A stretch of DNA of 64,000 bases from Azolla caroliniana. Taxonomy: Eukaryota; Plantae; Polypodiophyta. The position numbers and the translations under genes were made by a program. Positions 13,489-29,100 of this stretch are shown here, piece by piece. Where the stretch lies: NCBI GenBank assembly GCA_043228905.1, contig JBHGNT010000002.1:3472001-3536000 (forward strand), written 5' to 3'. The notes beneath the pieces were generated by a model. It was not told the origin of the DNA, searched no databases, and worked only from the letters and a program-made list of their open reading frames with translations. Position 1 is the stretch's first letter, and every line of letters begins with the position of its first letter.

Positions 13489-16400
13489 ATGCAAAGCCTC
13501 CCCTGTTGCTCCCCTGCATCCATCATTTTCATCGTCCACTCAACACATATCTTCAACCGTTTCCAGGTCTCCACTCTTGCAACACACCATCGAAACGGAA
13601 GGTAAATCTCCTTCCTTCCTTCCTTCCTTCCTTTCTTTTTCCGATTCTCTGTAACATAACCTTTCTTATGATCATAGGAATAAGGATAATTCCTTCTTTT
13701 TCTTTTCAAGATTATCATCAATACGTGTTAGCACGAAAGAATCGAAGCTGAAGAAGATGGTGAGATTGATGAGCAATATGGGTGCAGGGAAGGGAAATCA
13801 TGACAATGAATCTGAAGCTGTTAATGGTGGAAAAGAGGTCCTGGTGGTTCATGATAATGGACCCGAGGGAAGGTCTATCAATGGTAGGTCAGTCTTCCCT
13901 TCCACTTTGAGTAATTTGTTTCATTGCTCTAAGTCACTGATTCACTGACTGTTTGGGAGAGGAGAGAGAAGGAGAGACGGATAGGATAGGATAGAATAGA
14001 ATATTTATTGTCTAGAGGAGGCCAATTTTGAACCATGGGACCAAATTAACATATCATCTTGTATGTGACTCCTTCCTAAGAAAGGGGATTAATACTCTGT
14101 AGTAAAAAACTCTCTATTTGAAAATAATGCACATACATATGTGCTCACCCTTCTTGGTGGGGATTTGAGTATGCCACTTAAATTATCATGTCCGTGTAAT
14201 AACTCATCATACTTCTTGTGAATTATCTTATGTGTTGGGCATGCAAGAAGTAAGTGATGTTCATCCTCTACCATGTTTTTATTGTATACCATGATCCTAC
14301 TGCAACACCTAACCTGTGTGAGAGAGTTTGGAGAAGTGTTTAAGGCTTTCTGAGAGCCAAGGCTCATGGGGTTAGTAAGATGTAGGTTGGATACATTCTG
14401 GCATTTTTACCTTGTATTGAGGGCACCGTTGGGGGTTTACATTTCCAATATGGACATTGAGAGAGAGAGAGAGAGGATGATGATGACAATAATGTTATAT
14501 TAATGTCCATGGGATCCAAACATGATCCATGGGAGGCATTCCATGTTCAAATATCTCAGAATGGCTTATTTTCAGGACTCTTGCGATTTTGCATTTTGTC
14601 AAAATTTATGTCTAATTTCTCAACTGTATGTGCTCCATAGCCATAGCAACTATACCTCAAAAACATCCTTTAGTAAGCATTTCTCATTGTCAAACTTCTT
14701 ATTATAACACTTGAGCTAGCGTTTTTCATTCTTCTCATTCAATTCCTTTCGAATCTTGAACCTCCAATCTATGAAGCAATGTAAATAACAATAGAATAGT
14801 AACTATATGTTCAATAGTTTTCTCATAGGAAATTAGACAAAGACAAGTGGTAAGCGGCATGCTTAGACCTTAGTACATAAGAAGGTTAAAACATATGCAT
14901 CAAGTGACGGTGTATGCTTATCCCTGACCAATTAGGAAACCCTATATAAGAGCACCTCTATGAGGTGAAGGAAAGGGATAAAAAGAAAGAACCCATTTAC
15001 AGTTTCTCCTATAATCCAATTCTTGATTTTTATCTCCATCTAATGCGCATTGTTTTTTGTGGTTATCCTTTCTCGCTTTTTTGCATGAAGGCATTGAGTT
15101 CAAATCTCTCTCTAGTCCTTGCTACACTCCTTCTCCTAATCTTCCATATCGCTTTTGTTTAACCAAACTTTTCTCCCTGAATTTTGTCCATCTCATCCAT
15201 GTCCTAGTCCAGAACCCTGGAGGTTCCTCCCATACATGCACGGATTCAATGTAACATTCTCACGGAAATGGTTTATGGAACATTTTGATAATGTTGAATA
15301 AACATATCAATTATAATGAGTCTGCAATACTATTGAATTAATGTATAAATCATGGACTAATTTATTACAAGTCAGCAATTTATGTTGTAAATTAAATTTC
15401 AAATTCTTTATGCAATTTTGCTAAATGGTTTGGTTTAAACAATTTAGGTTTGAGGATCTCATAAAGAGTTAGGTTTAGGTTTGAGGATTTCTTAAACGTT
15501 TCAGTTTGATGATTTACTAGATCGGTTTGAAATGTCCAAACTGAACTGTTGCTGATTGCTAATAGCGCATGTGAGCTGATTAATGACAATCAAGGTTCAA
15601 TTTGTTTCTTTTACTAAGGAACATTGTAATTGATAATGCACATTGTGACAGTGAAAAATGTGTTTAGAGAAAGATAATGATATATTAAAGTCTACATGGG
15701 GGCCAGTCTGAACCAAGTCATAGTGCACAACAATGGTTACAAAGCACTTTTTCTGTCCATGTAGGTGGGGGATTTTAAAATGATTTACCAAAAGGAAAAA
15801 AGCAAAAGCCAAAATGAAAAATCAAGATTATTTGTTAATTTCACTGTCTGGATATTCAATGAGTTTGGTTCTGTGGTTGAGTAGAGCATTCATAGTGTCG
15901 TTAGGAATGGTTCCACGCTCGTTAGGAGTTCTTGCAAACTAGCACAATATTTTAGGAACTCATGAAAATCATGCATGAGGCGCTCCAAATTAATATGCTC
16001 TATTTATTACATGTTGATGCTACATAAGTGACACATTTTTTTTCTGTTCAATATTCAGTCAACTCCTAGCTTCTATTTTAATGTGTGTGGGGGTGTCTCC
16101 ATCAGTGTGGTGGCACATTTCGCTTGCATTGGCATTGATGTCTGAATATGAATTTCAGTATGGATTAGCCACCCTGTAAATTTCCCAATTCAGAATTATT
16201 TTGGCTGCAGTAGTCTCAAATATACACCTAACTTTGGCTGTTTCCCTGCATCGAGATATAGTACATTTGAGATGGGGTGTTGTGTATTCTTGTGATTTAA
16301 CATCAGGTACATCTCCTTGCCTATGTGAAAATTCTTTTTACTTGTGTGTTCGATGGTCTATGGAGAATACTGCAAAGATCATGTCACCTTGTAACTATTT

Positions 16401-19400
16401 GTATATCCTTCATATTGTATGATACAACACCTTTTTGCAAAAAAAAGATCAGATGTTGGGTTCATCAGCTTTCAAGGGAAACTTAATTAGTGTCTGTTTG
16501 TGATTTATGGCTATGGGGTGTCTGTGTCTTAGTGTTACATTTGTAACTGATGCAACATCTCTGATGTTTGAAGGCAATCTTATGAATTTGTGTCCATAGC
16601 AATGTATATTCTTTCCAAAAGAGAGAGGCAGAGGGAAATTGAGTGATACCTATTAGAGGCATTTTGGAAAGGGCATTCAATAAAGGATGAATAGGGCACA
16701 AAAATAAATGTGATGATGCATGTTGTCAATGATGAAGATCACATACTTGTAATAAAAGATTTGATGATCCAATGCATGAATGTATGTTCTATATAATGTA
16801 CAAATTTGATATATGTAATCCAATGACTGTCTCCATCCACAACGTATGGTGGGATATATGAGGGCTTGTATCAGTGTTATTGAGTCAAACAATCCCTTGT
16901 TGTAGAGCAGTCCTCTTGTTGATTTGTGATTAACTTTTATTGGAGGCAAAAGTTGACCAATTAGACAATTCAGAAGCACACAACTACTGTTCTCTAGGCA
17001 TCTGATAAAGGACAAATAATATAGACATGTAAATGGGATGATACATGTAGTCGATGATGATGGTATGGGATGTCATCCTATCTGCAATATGATGTACAAC
17101 CATGATATGTGTAATTATATGGCTTTGTTGATTCATAAGTCAGGATGGGGTAAATGATGACATGCAGATGTCTCTCTCCTCAATGTGGTGTTCATGAAGG
17201 GTCTGAATCTCTGCTGATGTGGCCTTGGCAGTCCATAGTACTCAATCCTCCTCAGATGTTACATACTGTCGAATTGCAGTACTTAGCTCTTTGGGTTGGA
17301 AATACGTATTATGTAAAGATCGGAAATCTTCAATTATGCACAAGTTATAAGGTTTGCAGCTTCTGGCTGTTGAACCCACTAGCGCTATGGTAATCTCTTT
17401 GGATTTTTGTGGTTAGGTCATTGAGATTCTTCCATTCCTTTTGCTGAAGTGGTATCATGTCTTGAGGAGTAATATTAGTTTAAGAACTTACAAGAAACCT
17501 TTGCTATTGTGATTTTATGATGGCTATAAAATGTCAGGTAAGAATGTTAAAGAAATGTAATAAGAATGCTAGAGATTAGGCTCCAGAGATGTTCTTAATG
17601 AAGGAGATGTGATAATTCTTTGTCTGAAGGTATGATTTCTGATAAAAGGCACAGTTAAGTCCTAATGAAAATTGAAGTATATCTGGCTAGCTATATTACA
17701 GGGAGTGTTGTAGCACTTGGAAAATTTGATGCTTTGCATATTGGACATCGAGCTCTTGCTGTCCAAGCTTCCAAGATGGGTGCTCCTGTGCTTTTGTCCT
17801 TTGCAAGAATGGCGGAAGTACTGCAGTGGGAAAAAAGGTGTGTTGCTTCATCATTTTATAGCTCTAGTATAGCTTGTCTTTTGTTCATGTAACATTACTT
17901 ATAAGGTGGTTGTCATATCTGTATGTGTAAGCCAAATAAAGCAAAAGATCATGATCCACCGATGGCCAACTGAGATGTCACACTAGATATTAGCTACTTA
18001 TTTATTGATTAAAAAAGCACTAGAAATCAATATAGTGTAAGAAACATCATTCCATCAAACAGAACTTGTCATGAGAAAATATACTAAAGCAAGTTGGCTG
18101 GATTCCTCTACATCTGTTCATCTTATATATCCTCCAATAAGCTGGGGAGTAGATCCATAAGTAGATGTCAAAACTACACCATAGAATGAGTAATGATATA
18201 AAGGAATGGAGACTGAATTAAAATTGAGAATGCATCCAATCAATATCAAACCTAGAAAAGGAGCATGAGGAGGTTAAGAGCTTCCAAAAAGGTCCTTTGT
18301 AATTGTTGATTACAAGATGAGGAAGTGGGAGAATGGTCTCTCAGCTAAAACATAAATGGGCAGCTGAGTAGGATAGCTGATCGTGAAGAAACAAACACAT
18401 ATATCAAGCCTAAACAGTGATAAAGAAGTTATAACTAAAGGTGCGAAGTGAGCTAAATCAAACTCTAAGAATAAGAAGTAAACCAGTATTGTTGGCATGG
18501 AGAATACAATTGTAAACAACGGGAATGGTGGAGACATACAGCTTTTTATAGGAGACAAACCTCAAAGAAAGTATTGAATTTGGAGGAATGACAAAATAAC
18601 TAAGCAAAGTACAAAGAACCTACCAAAATGCAACAAAAACTGAAAACTAGAGGAAGGCATTCAATCAAAATTTCTTGAGAGATTTTTTTTTGCAGATCAA
18701 TTTTGAAGTGTTTTGCTTACTTGCATACTGATATTTCTTTTTACAATAAATACACTTGAGATCTGACCAAGATCATTATGTAGTCTTGTTCTTGTTGTGA
18801 GCTTCTTCATTTCTTGTCAATGAAGAAAATCATATTACAAACAATGCATCAATGTGATACAAAGTAGGCAATATATCCTCGAATGATGCAATTGCATGAC
18901 TCATAGTAACTAGAGTTTGACTGGAATAGTGCTTGTAGGTAGCTTGACTATCACCTGAGCCTCCACATCCTTACATACTTAGAAGATATAAAATTAAGTT
19001 GTGCCAGAACCTGCTATTGATCATGTTGATTAAAAATAGAAGTGATGGATTCAATGAGTCTTCTACAAGGCAAGATTTCTCATGGCGGTGGGCATGCCCT
19101 GTCAAGCCAACTGCAAATCTTCACCATGGTGAGCATATACTTGACTTTGAAAATCGAAACCATAAAGATTTTCATTAGAATGTAAGATGTTCGTCATAGA
19201 ATCCTAGAAGTAGTTTTATTCACCATGTATGGAGTCCAAACAAGTTTTATCTTGCATATCCAAGAGACTACAATGAAATAAGAAGAATGTTCGAATTAAG
19301 AAAGTACAACACCATATCACACCAACAATTATTGCCATCATCCTTGCTGATTTAGAGAATTAAAGAAGAGATGTCATGTGAAGACATATACTGGGTATAT

Positions 19401-22400
19401 GCAAATAGGAACTTACAAAGATACGATATACTTCATTTATTAGAAGTTCAAACCACTCATCTGCACAGAGCATTATCTGATTCTGTCAATTAATATTTTT
19501 CTCAAAATCTCACCGACACACTTGTTATCTTGTATTTCTGGTTCTCAATCACTTTGTCTTGGAGTTCTTTTATATTGATATAGAATTTTCTTTCATTCTT
19601 GTGTTTCTGACTTCTGATCACTCAGTTGAAAGGAATTGTTAGTGTGCAGGCAAACTAATCTTCAATTTCGTGACCTTCCAGACTCATTGAGCCTTGGGAA
19701 ATGTACCATGTTCTATTCATCAATGTTGATAAATGCACCTATAAAATTCAGGAAATAATCACAAACAAAATGCACATGTTAAGATTAGTAAAACATGTTC
19801 TTTTTGTATGGAAAATTGTGCCATTTTGTAAGGTTCATTCCTTTACTGGTATATCAAAATGAAGATCTCAAGATGCTAGACAAATACTGTGCGACACAAA
19901 GTCAATTTGTGCTCGTAATGAAGGCATTCCTAACGAGTAATCAAACTTCCTTTCCCACAGTCATACATGAAATGAAGACCTAGTTGGAACAATTCGACAT
20001 ATTATTCTCTTTGTATGGAAAGCTTTGCAATTTTGTAATGTTCATTCCTTCACCTGCGTATCAAAACAAAGATGTTGAGAATCTCTATGAAGATCATGCG
20101 ATATGAGAGTCGATTTCAGATCACAATGAAGACATTTCTAAGCAGACATTCAAAACATGCTTTTCCATATTATCTCACACTCTAAATGAAGAGGTACTTA
20201 ATTTGAATGAGTAGACGTATGTAATGAGATTAAGCTGTTCCTTGGACATAACATTTTGTTCATTCAGCACTTTCGTTTATTACCCTCTCCTCATGTTCAA
20301 AACGTCCACAAAACATGACTCAAACCTAGAGAAAGAATATGATAGCCAACATTTTTTGTATGTGCTCAAAATGATCTAAAATACACTTCTAACATACATT
20401 CCATTCATGACAAACATTTACCTCATTATGTGAAATTTTATTATGCAAGTCACTAACGTGTTACATGAGAATTCCGAATGAAGGTGAAAATAGATGAGGC
20501 CGCGGAAAGCATTATGCATATTAAGATTTGTGAATAAGTGAAATTTTCCCGGAAGCAGATGCAAACAAATGCTGATGATTATACAGAATGGGACAGGTGA
20601 TGTGAAGCATTTGAGATCGAGACACATTCTTGGGTCAGTTTGCAACCAAGGTAACTAAAGACCAAGCTAGAGGATGTAATCCATATGGAGTTTATACTCT
20701 ATTATGTGTTGCATGCCCTTGCAAAACACTTAATGAAGGCTTATAGGGTTAAATGTGCTCACAAGCCTTAACATTTAGTTCCTGATGCAGGCTGCTATGT
20801 TGGAGGATAATCTAAAAGGTGAGCTCATGCATTCATGGCCTTTATTTTCCAGAATTGCTGAGACATACTGCTATGATGATTCATGGAAAATAATCTAAAT
20901 GGTTAGCTCACACCTCACATGCAAAAGTAGTGGGAAAGGCAGTATGTAGCCCATGCAGGGATTGTCGATGCTGTTTCGAGTACATGGTATCATATTAAAA
21001 ATATTTATTGTCAAGTTCATGGATATAGGGAATATTGACTCCTTCCATTCTAAGAAGGTATCACTCAAAGGAGTATCTTCAGGAGGGTCTTATGATATCA
21101 CACGCTTTGCAGTGTTTATATCAATATGGCTCCAATGTTGCATAATGAAAGGAAAGGTAGGATGATGAGTCACATAAAAACTTCATGCATTACACGAATA
21201 TATAGCAGCATTAGTCATATGTGGTACAATGCTATTACCAAGCAGCTTGCTTGTTCTGCTATCAATATTGTAAGGTTTGGTAGGTGGTGGTGCTTTACTT
21301 GTGGGGTCATACACATACAATTGGGAAGCTCAATTATGGAGTTAATATATTAAGGGGAGCTCAAATTTAGAAGAGCAGTTGTTGAAGAAAAGTAGCCTCA
21401 ATATGCATTGGAGAGGAATTCCTGGAATAGAAGATGTTAAAGAAATCAAAACCTGTCAAAATATGTTGTCTTGACTAGAAACAATGAGACAGAGAGTAAG
21501 AATATACCTCACTTCAAATGAATGCGGTATATACTCTCCAGAATGTTGTGAATATAAGCAAGGAGGGCATATTGTTGAAAGAACTTCATATTGCTGTAAA
21601 AGTTAATATGAATTTTGGCCAAGTGAAGGAAATAAAGAAAATTTGCAATGAAGTTGCGCATTTGTTATGAGAAGTTTCATTTTTGTGGATATCACCATAG
21701 TAGATGTGCCAAAATTTCAGTGATATGCTACAGGTACAAGTAATATTATGGGATTGAATTACTATAGTGAGGCAAGTTTACATGAGAACGCTCTCTTTGG
21801 AAACTCTTTGAGTAAGTTTTAAGAAACTTTTTGTGATATTTCTAAAGAAGGCGCTTTTGTGAATGTAGTTTCCTGAAGTTTATACTCTCTATTTATCTTC
21901 AAGATTTTCTGAAAATGTTTATACCTTCCTTTATAGGCAAGTGTTTTTGAATTGTTAGTTATGGTTTAATCACTGATCGGTAACTTATGTTTCAGGCTTC
22001 CTATAGTTGCTCCATGTGATAGGAAGCGCGTGATGTCTCTCTGGTCCACATTTTGTGGTGGGAAGGTTCCTGAAGAGTATCAGCTGGAGTTCTCAAAAGT
22101 GCGGTCTCTGAGCCCACATGATTTTGTCGAAAAGCTAGCGAAAGAGTTACATGTAAAAGGGGTGGTTGCAGGTATTATAACCTGAATTTTGCTACAAATT
22201 TATCACAATCCTTTGTTTTACGTTTTATTCCTAGTTAGTTGTAATTAGCCCATATGTGACTGGTAGTGCAAAAATAAAACATGGGTTAAACTTTTCTTTG
22301 ATGGTGTATGTATGTATGTAAGCACAAATTATAGATTTGTTAATAATTTTTTTGTATTTTGCAAATACTTAGGTCATATATGTTAATGGTTATTCAATAA

Positions 22401-23238
22401 AATGGTAAGATTACATATGATAAAGTGCATACATGCATTCAATAATTTGTTCTTCCATTTGTATATGTGAATAATACATCTGGTGATAAAGCATTATTTC
22501 ATAGTAATCAGCTCATTTATATTAATGGTGAGGCAATGGGGTGGTTTTCCTTAGAAGATGACATAAGTAAAAAGAAATGGTCTGCTATTTGTATTAAATG
22601 TGTTCATTATAGATTTGGTTATCATGTTGTATCTCTAGTAATAATCATCACAACAATGTTGATCTGCTTTTTTTATTGTAGGTGCAAATTATAGATTTGG
22701 CTATAAAGCTGCAGGTGATGCTTCAGATCTCACTCAACTTTGTGGCAAATTTGGATTAGATATTTTTATAGTGGATCCTGTCATGGACATAGAAATGGAA
22801 ATGCAAAATGATATTCCCAAGGAACTAGAGGCAGCTAAGAATAATAGAGAGAAAGGGCAGGTATCATCAACGCGTGTCCGAAAAGCATTGAGTGCAGGTA
22901 AGATGAGGCGTGTAACAGAGCTACTTGGTCGGGATCATCGACTCGTTTTCATGATCGATGATTGCATTTTTGGAAACGATACAATTCGTGTTCCAATTTC
23001 CAAGGCTTTAAATCAAGTGCCTGGGGATGGGATATACACTTCAAGGATATTCCTAAGTTTGGATGGGATCCTTGAAACTAAAGTTGTAGGTTGGATGGAT
23101 GTAAATGTTGTCATTGGTAATGAACATGTGGCGGTCACCATAAACGAGGAAACCTTCAACAAAAGTGATTGGAGTGGGCAAACATTCTTATGTTTAGATG
23201 TGCAGTGTAAATCTTCATCATTATTAAAACCAGCATGA
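13489..23238 (+). CDS. Plastid FAD synthetase (FMN adenylyltransferase, RibF-like, plant type), 5 exons
   Basis: Exons 13489-13601, 13711-13883, 17702-17837, 21996-22171 and 22682-23238 have phase-compatible GT-AG junctions. A transit-peptide-like N-terminus is followed by [14 protein letters not shown] (HxGH), [17 protein letters not shown]|[14 protein letters not shown] and [11 protein letters not shown]...LLGR. Confidence 0.9.
13980..14300 (-). mobile_element. 5'-truncated LINE 3' end in FAD synthetase intron 2
   Basis: [18 protein letters not shown] resembles the C-terminal E.E.H.L..CP knuckle of LINE ORF2. It is followed on the minus strand by a (TATTC/TATCC)n tail at 13980-14002. Confidence 0.6.
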
Positions 23239-23599
23239 GCAAAAAGACATACATTCTTCCAAGGTTTGGAGCATTCTTGCCATTTATAAAGGATAAAGGT
23301 AGCCATTGAAGTTTTCATTTTCATTTGTTAATAAGTTTTCTTCGTGGTTCGTCAAGAAATGAATGTGAATGAAGCATTAAGCTTCAGTGTTTCAAGGTAA
23401 AAGTGCACTCAAGGCAGAATGTGCTTGTAGTGTCCAAAACCATTTTCTTATAAAGAGTACAAATGCCATGTGTGGTCTGAGTTGAGATTGGATGCAACCA
23501 ATCAACATTCTTTTAACAAACATTGAGTTATTCCAAGAGTAACAAACACATAAGATAGTGTTAACAAGATCGGCCCTACTTCATGCTATGAATATGTAT

Positions 23600-26100
23600 G
23601 AAGACCATTTCTTCATGGTGGGACATTGACGTTGTCTTGTCATATTACATGATGCTTGTGTAATGGCTTGAATAGGTGAGATATACATGTTGAACTCATC
23701 TTTGGAAAGGACCAAGTACAAATGTTCATCTTTTGAGAATTCAAGCTTCATGCTTGATAAACAAAAATTTAAGGTGTCAAAAATATTTGCTTGTAAAGGA
23801 AATGGGGTGTGGATTATACAAAACCACTTCTTGGAATACTATGTGGCTATGATAAAACTAGTAGGTTGTCTCAAAAAGCCATGATGAACTTCATCTTCTA
23901 TTGACCCTACAAGGCCACTATATGATTTTAGCAACTAAATGTTTCCGAGAAACTCTCATGCCCTACCATTGTATCTAGAATTGAATTGGGTAAGTGATCT
24001 TGGTCGCGTATGCTTTTAATAATCCCTTGTATGCTAGGAGCTCCTCTTATTCTTCTTTGGAACTAATTCCGACATTGAACCAACTTGTATTTTTAACGTG
24101 GTTGAATGAAGCCTTCGTGGAGAATCCTATCAATCTCCTCCTTTTACCCTTTAAGCATAATTAGGTGTTAAGCAAGGGTTAGGTGCTTAGATTAGCCAAC
24201 TTATGTACTACCATTGAAATATTGAAGGGGTATCTAGTTCTTAATTATGACTATGCCAATAGCTTGTCTGCCATCTCGAGGAGAAATAGGCATGCAACCC
24301 ACATTGTTGATCTTGATTCCCAACCATTGGCATGTGTCCACCCCAACCATATTGATGGCTAACTTATGGTTGATCATGACCTCTAGAAGGTTTAGGATTG
24401 GAAAACCCTTCTTCAACACTAGAGGACTTATCATTGGATTTGCAAATGTGACATCCACAAGAATATTCATTGGGAGGGTCGGCAATGTTATAGATGTGAC
24501 CCCTATCAAGTGATTAAGTTGTGCATCAAAACATGATGTAAGTAAGGCCTAGAAGGAAACTAGAGGGAAAAGGTGCTTGGGTTTGGTTGTAGTGCCCCAA
24601 CTGCTAGCATAAAAAAAACCAAATTCATAAATGGGGGGCAAGCCATTGGCATGTGTCCACCCCAATCATATTGATGGCTAACTTATGGTTTATCACAACC
24701 TCTAGAAGGTTTAGGATTGGAAAATCCTTCTTCAACACTAGAGGACTTATCATTGGATTTGCAAATGTGACATCCACAAGAATATTCATTGGGAGGGTCG
24801 GCAATGTTATAGATGTGACCCCTATCAAGTGATTAAGTTGTGCATCAAAACATGATGTAAGTAAGGCCTGGAAGGAAACTAGAGGGAAAAGGTGCTTGGG
24901 TTTGGTTGTAGTGCCCCAACTGCTAGCATAAAAAAAGCCAAATTCATAAATGTGGGGCAACCATGGCCATTCTTACAGTCGAAGTTTAATGGTCTTGACA
25001 GGTTATTGACTCTGGATGTTTTGAGGTGAAGGGGTTGTTATTTGAAGGGGGTAATGATCCTGCTCACCCTTGTTATTGTGTTGCTATTGGTGTTTATAAC
25101 ATGGTTCTTATGATCACCACACTCGTCTCTTTATCGATGTAGAAATTGTTGATCCAACAAGACTCGTCAAGACTCTATTTAGGTGACAAGTCATCACTCC
25201 TTGAAGAGTTGTTGGAATAGTAGGTGTCATCTTGGGACCACCATGTCCCTTATGGGCGACGCTACTCTTAAGAACAAGGGACTACCTAACCCTACTTATA
25301 TGTTGACAAGCTATGTGAAAGTTCTTGAATAACCCCGTAATAGAGAGCGTCTTATTAAACATTCATCAAAAGGTCATACAAAGTTTGATTTTTACCAATT
25401 CTTTACTTGGACATCTAAGAGATCCTAGTTTGTGGGCTTTGAAAGGATAAAAGTTCAAACTTGAGATGTTGAGCGAAGTGATTCACATTCAACATAGAAA
25501 TGAATGTTGCCACATTCTCCTCAACACTAGCCTCTTCACAAAATGTGTAGTAAAGATATCTTGTAGTAGTGTGTGATTGGGAAGTGTGGAAGATCGAGAA
25601 GTTGGGCACTAGGTTGTTCGTGTTTGTAGCCTCTTTTAGTGTGTTTGCTAAAATTGGTTCTTACTTTGTGTTGTACTTGAGAACCACCTGATGCTTGATG
25701 TGCCAAATCACCAATCACCCTTTGGTTGGCAAGATGGGTGAGAGTGGGTATCAACAATTCTCGAGCTTCTAATGTACTATAGGATAACTATTAAAGAAAA
25801 CTCTAACCATAATCTAATCTTAATGATATTCACACTATTAATAATAAAACTAAACACATGAGAGACTTCATCACGTTTGAGACACTCCTTAGAGAATTAA
25901 GAAACAAGAAATCTCCAACACAATGTAGCTTCCATTAATCCAGTTATGTAATTACCATCTTAGTTAGATAAAAAGATTAGGCTACAAGATTAGATAAGGG
26001 AGAGAAAGAAAGGTTTAAGGTTTAGCTCTAGGATTAGAATGACGAAAAACCCTTACAAAAGGTTTTTAGTTTTACCTTAGTGATTCTTCTTTTCTTACGC
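23600..26100 (-). mobile_element. Degenerate LTR-retrotransposon gag/protease-like remnant
   Basis: The decayed stretch MINHKLAINMVGVDTCQWLG...PISPRDGRQAIG resembles the region around a retropepsin. Many stops; boundaries approximate. Confidence 0.35.
24324..24962. repeat. 319-bp tandem duplication
   Basis: ccattggcatgtgtccacccc... begins at 24324 and again at 24643. The copies are highly similar. Confidence 0.9.
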
Positions 26101-29100
26101 TTATTATAATTATGTCCCTTTCGCACTTGGAAGAGTATAAGAATTTACATATATTACCTGAATTTACCTCTATCTATGCCTAGGCTTTTATAATGTTTAC
26201 CTCTGTCACTCTATTATATCTCCAAGGGGTCTGCGATTATCCTCGAAGTTTCGAACCATAACATAGGTTATCATCGAACCATAGCATAAGAGGTGGGGTG
26301 TCCTATGGAAACTTAACAATGTTCCCTTAACTTCCGGTTGAGATCATCAATTCAAGAAGCACCATGGTGTCATCTAGGGGTGATTCCACATTGGCCTCAT
26401 TGTTTCGTTGTGTGACTTTATCTATACATCCTATATGGATGGCTAAATGAACTCTTGAAGGATATTTTTTTCCAAAAGGAAAGCATGTAAGGGCGAGATA
26501 TCAAACAACCATACAAATGCATGTCAAGGCTCATGGATCGTGTGGGAATTCGTTGGGTGTTAGTGTGGCCTTGTTGGCAGCAAAGTGCATGTGTAATTCA
26601 TTGGTTGGTGGATGTCATTACATTATCATTGCTAGACAAACAATAGCTTCCACTACTATTGACTAAGCAAATCTGCCATGGTTGCCAAGTGTTGATAACT
26701 ACATTCTCATCATTGTTGTAGCTGACAAGCATGTATATCAAGTGAAGATTATCCTTGTCTCTATGACCTATATTGCAAACCACTATCGCACAAAAGACAA
26801 CACCTAAGGGTTAGAGCATACTCCATATCTCATTCAATACTTCTAGTACTATCATAACTCAAGGTTCCTTTGTGTTTCTATAATGCATATGTGAGGCTTC
26901 AAGAAAGTTTGAGGCGTATTCCAAGATTTATAATATTGAGTCTTTTCTTATTTAAAATTTTTGAGTAGTGGTCCTCTGTTAATGTATATTCAATGTTGTG
27001 GCATTTGTGTCTACCAACTAATTTGAAGGTATAATTATACTTACTTAAACTCCTTGCACTTGGCATTATTCTAAAAAAATTTGAAGGTACGTGAAAATTA
27101 TTCTAAAAAAAAAGAGACGGTTAAGGTTTGATCATTTAAATTAAAGCACTTACTCTACTAATTAAGGATGCTTAAACCTCTCACTTGTCACAAAGCTACT
27201 CACGTCTTATGAAACGGTAGCAAGACCACCGAGGACTTGAACTAGAGAGGATGGGTCATGGGCTTCCAACATTGAAACCATGGGTTAGTGCATGTGGTTT
27301 TGAACTGTTAGAATCTTAATTAATGTTAAGAAAAATTAAGGCGGAAATAAGGAAGAAAGGGTGCCAATCCTCCCAAGCACCCCCTAGAGAATGTGAGAGA
27401 CGGATTTGAGTCCCCCGCCGATGTCCCATACCATTGTGTACGAACATGGATCGTACCTTGGGTCTAAAGAAGGCACACATGTATGACAGTAGAGCTTTGC
27501 CACATTATCAAAGTCTCTATCTCAAATGAGAAATCAAACACTCAATAGTAGCTACCCTATTGGTAAATACAATGCTTCATACTTTGAAGGTGCAAAGTTT
27601 GAATCTTGCCTTCCATGAATATATCTTTGTGGCACGTTTAACGTACATGCTCATATTATTATTTTATTCCCTATCCATGGTGGTTTCACACTACATGTCG
27701 AAAACATAATGACACTCACCACTTCCTTATACTTAAATTAGTTTCTTGGTATGTCATATGCATCCTTCTCTTTCGTTTAAAGGTCCTTCTCAAAAAGTAA
27801 CTTAATTGTCGCTATGGGGGCTAACAAAAAGCTTACCTAAGACTTCAAGTGAGAATCAATGTCCCTTACAAGCATGCCACATTAGATGTGTCAACTCAAG
27901 GTTGATACACCACATGCATGTCTTAATTTCGATTGGAGTTATGTATCCTTAACAAGATCATATGGCATGCCCAATCATCATCCACCCTATTGCTAGTGAC
28001 ATGGGAAGAACAAATCATCAATTCCCAAGCTTATCACAATTACATTAAACGTCCAATAAATCACTCTTAATCATCTCACAATTCTCTTTTTGTTAATGAC
28101 AAAATGAAGAACCTAAAAACCAACTTAACACTTATGCAATCCATGTTTCTACTAATTAAGAAGTTACAAGCTAATACAACTGATTACTATAAACTTATAG
28201 GCCAAGTATAATGTCCAAGTCTCATAAGACACAATTGCCTCTTCAAATGCACAAATACAAATGCTTAGTCTCCTTATACTCCATCTCTAATACCAATCAT
28301 GTATAAACGTTACCTTTTAAAAAAAGGTCTCAATTGTGCAAAGTTCAAGCTTCCTTAAAATAGTCATTGTACTAGTGAAAAACCCAAATTGTTACAATAT
28401 TTATTGATTTATACAATTGTTTTTTCCCCATAGATTTGGTGGAAATTTGAATCGTTAGTGTTTGACTAATCTCCATCTAACAATAATGTACAATATTGTA
28501 GAACACGCACAAAGTAATTACATTTGAAGTTGACATAACCAACTAAAAAATGCACTTCTTGAAAAAACGTAAAAATGCGCAATGAATCATTAATGTAAAT
28601 GTGTAAGGATCAATTAATGATTAAATTCACATTAACAAAAGTCTCACTTAATATTCCTATGGATTTCAAAAATTTAATAATGCATTACAAAAATGAGATA
28701 ACTTATGAAGATAGAAAGGTTCAAATATTGGCATCAGGTCCCCCCCCCTCCATCATAAATGGAATGAAACTGCAACTTGATACTATGAAGAAGTTTCATT
28801 ATGAATTCGACAACGTATCGAAGGAGGAGAAACCAAGTGTTGGGCTTTTTGGATATACATCTTTAACATTTTGGGTTGAGCTGAGTGTTTTTCAGATTGT
28901 AGCACCCATTAGCCCGCTTGAAATGGGCTTGAAATTTACTCAAAGGTGTTTCTTATGGCACCATACATGCATAATGGTCCTACAACTTGAGTATTTATAC
29001 AAACCATCTAGGAGATAGATGATGGTCCTACAGTCTATTAGACAGTCATTTATTCCTCTATGCTACCATTGGACAAAAACACACCTCTTCATAACAACTC

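Noticed and set aside
20300-21770. Decayed LINE in FAD synthetase intron 3
   Set aside because: Only vague RT-like wording, with no motif that can be stated with confidence.
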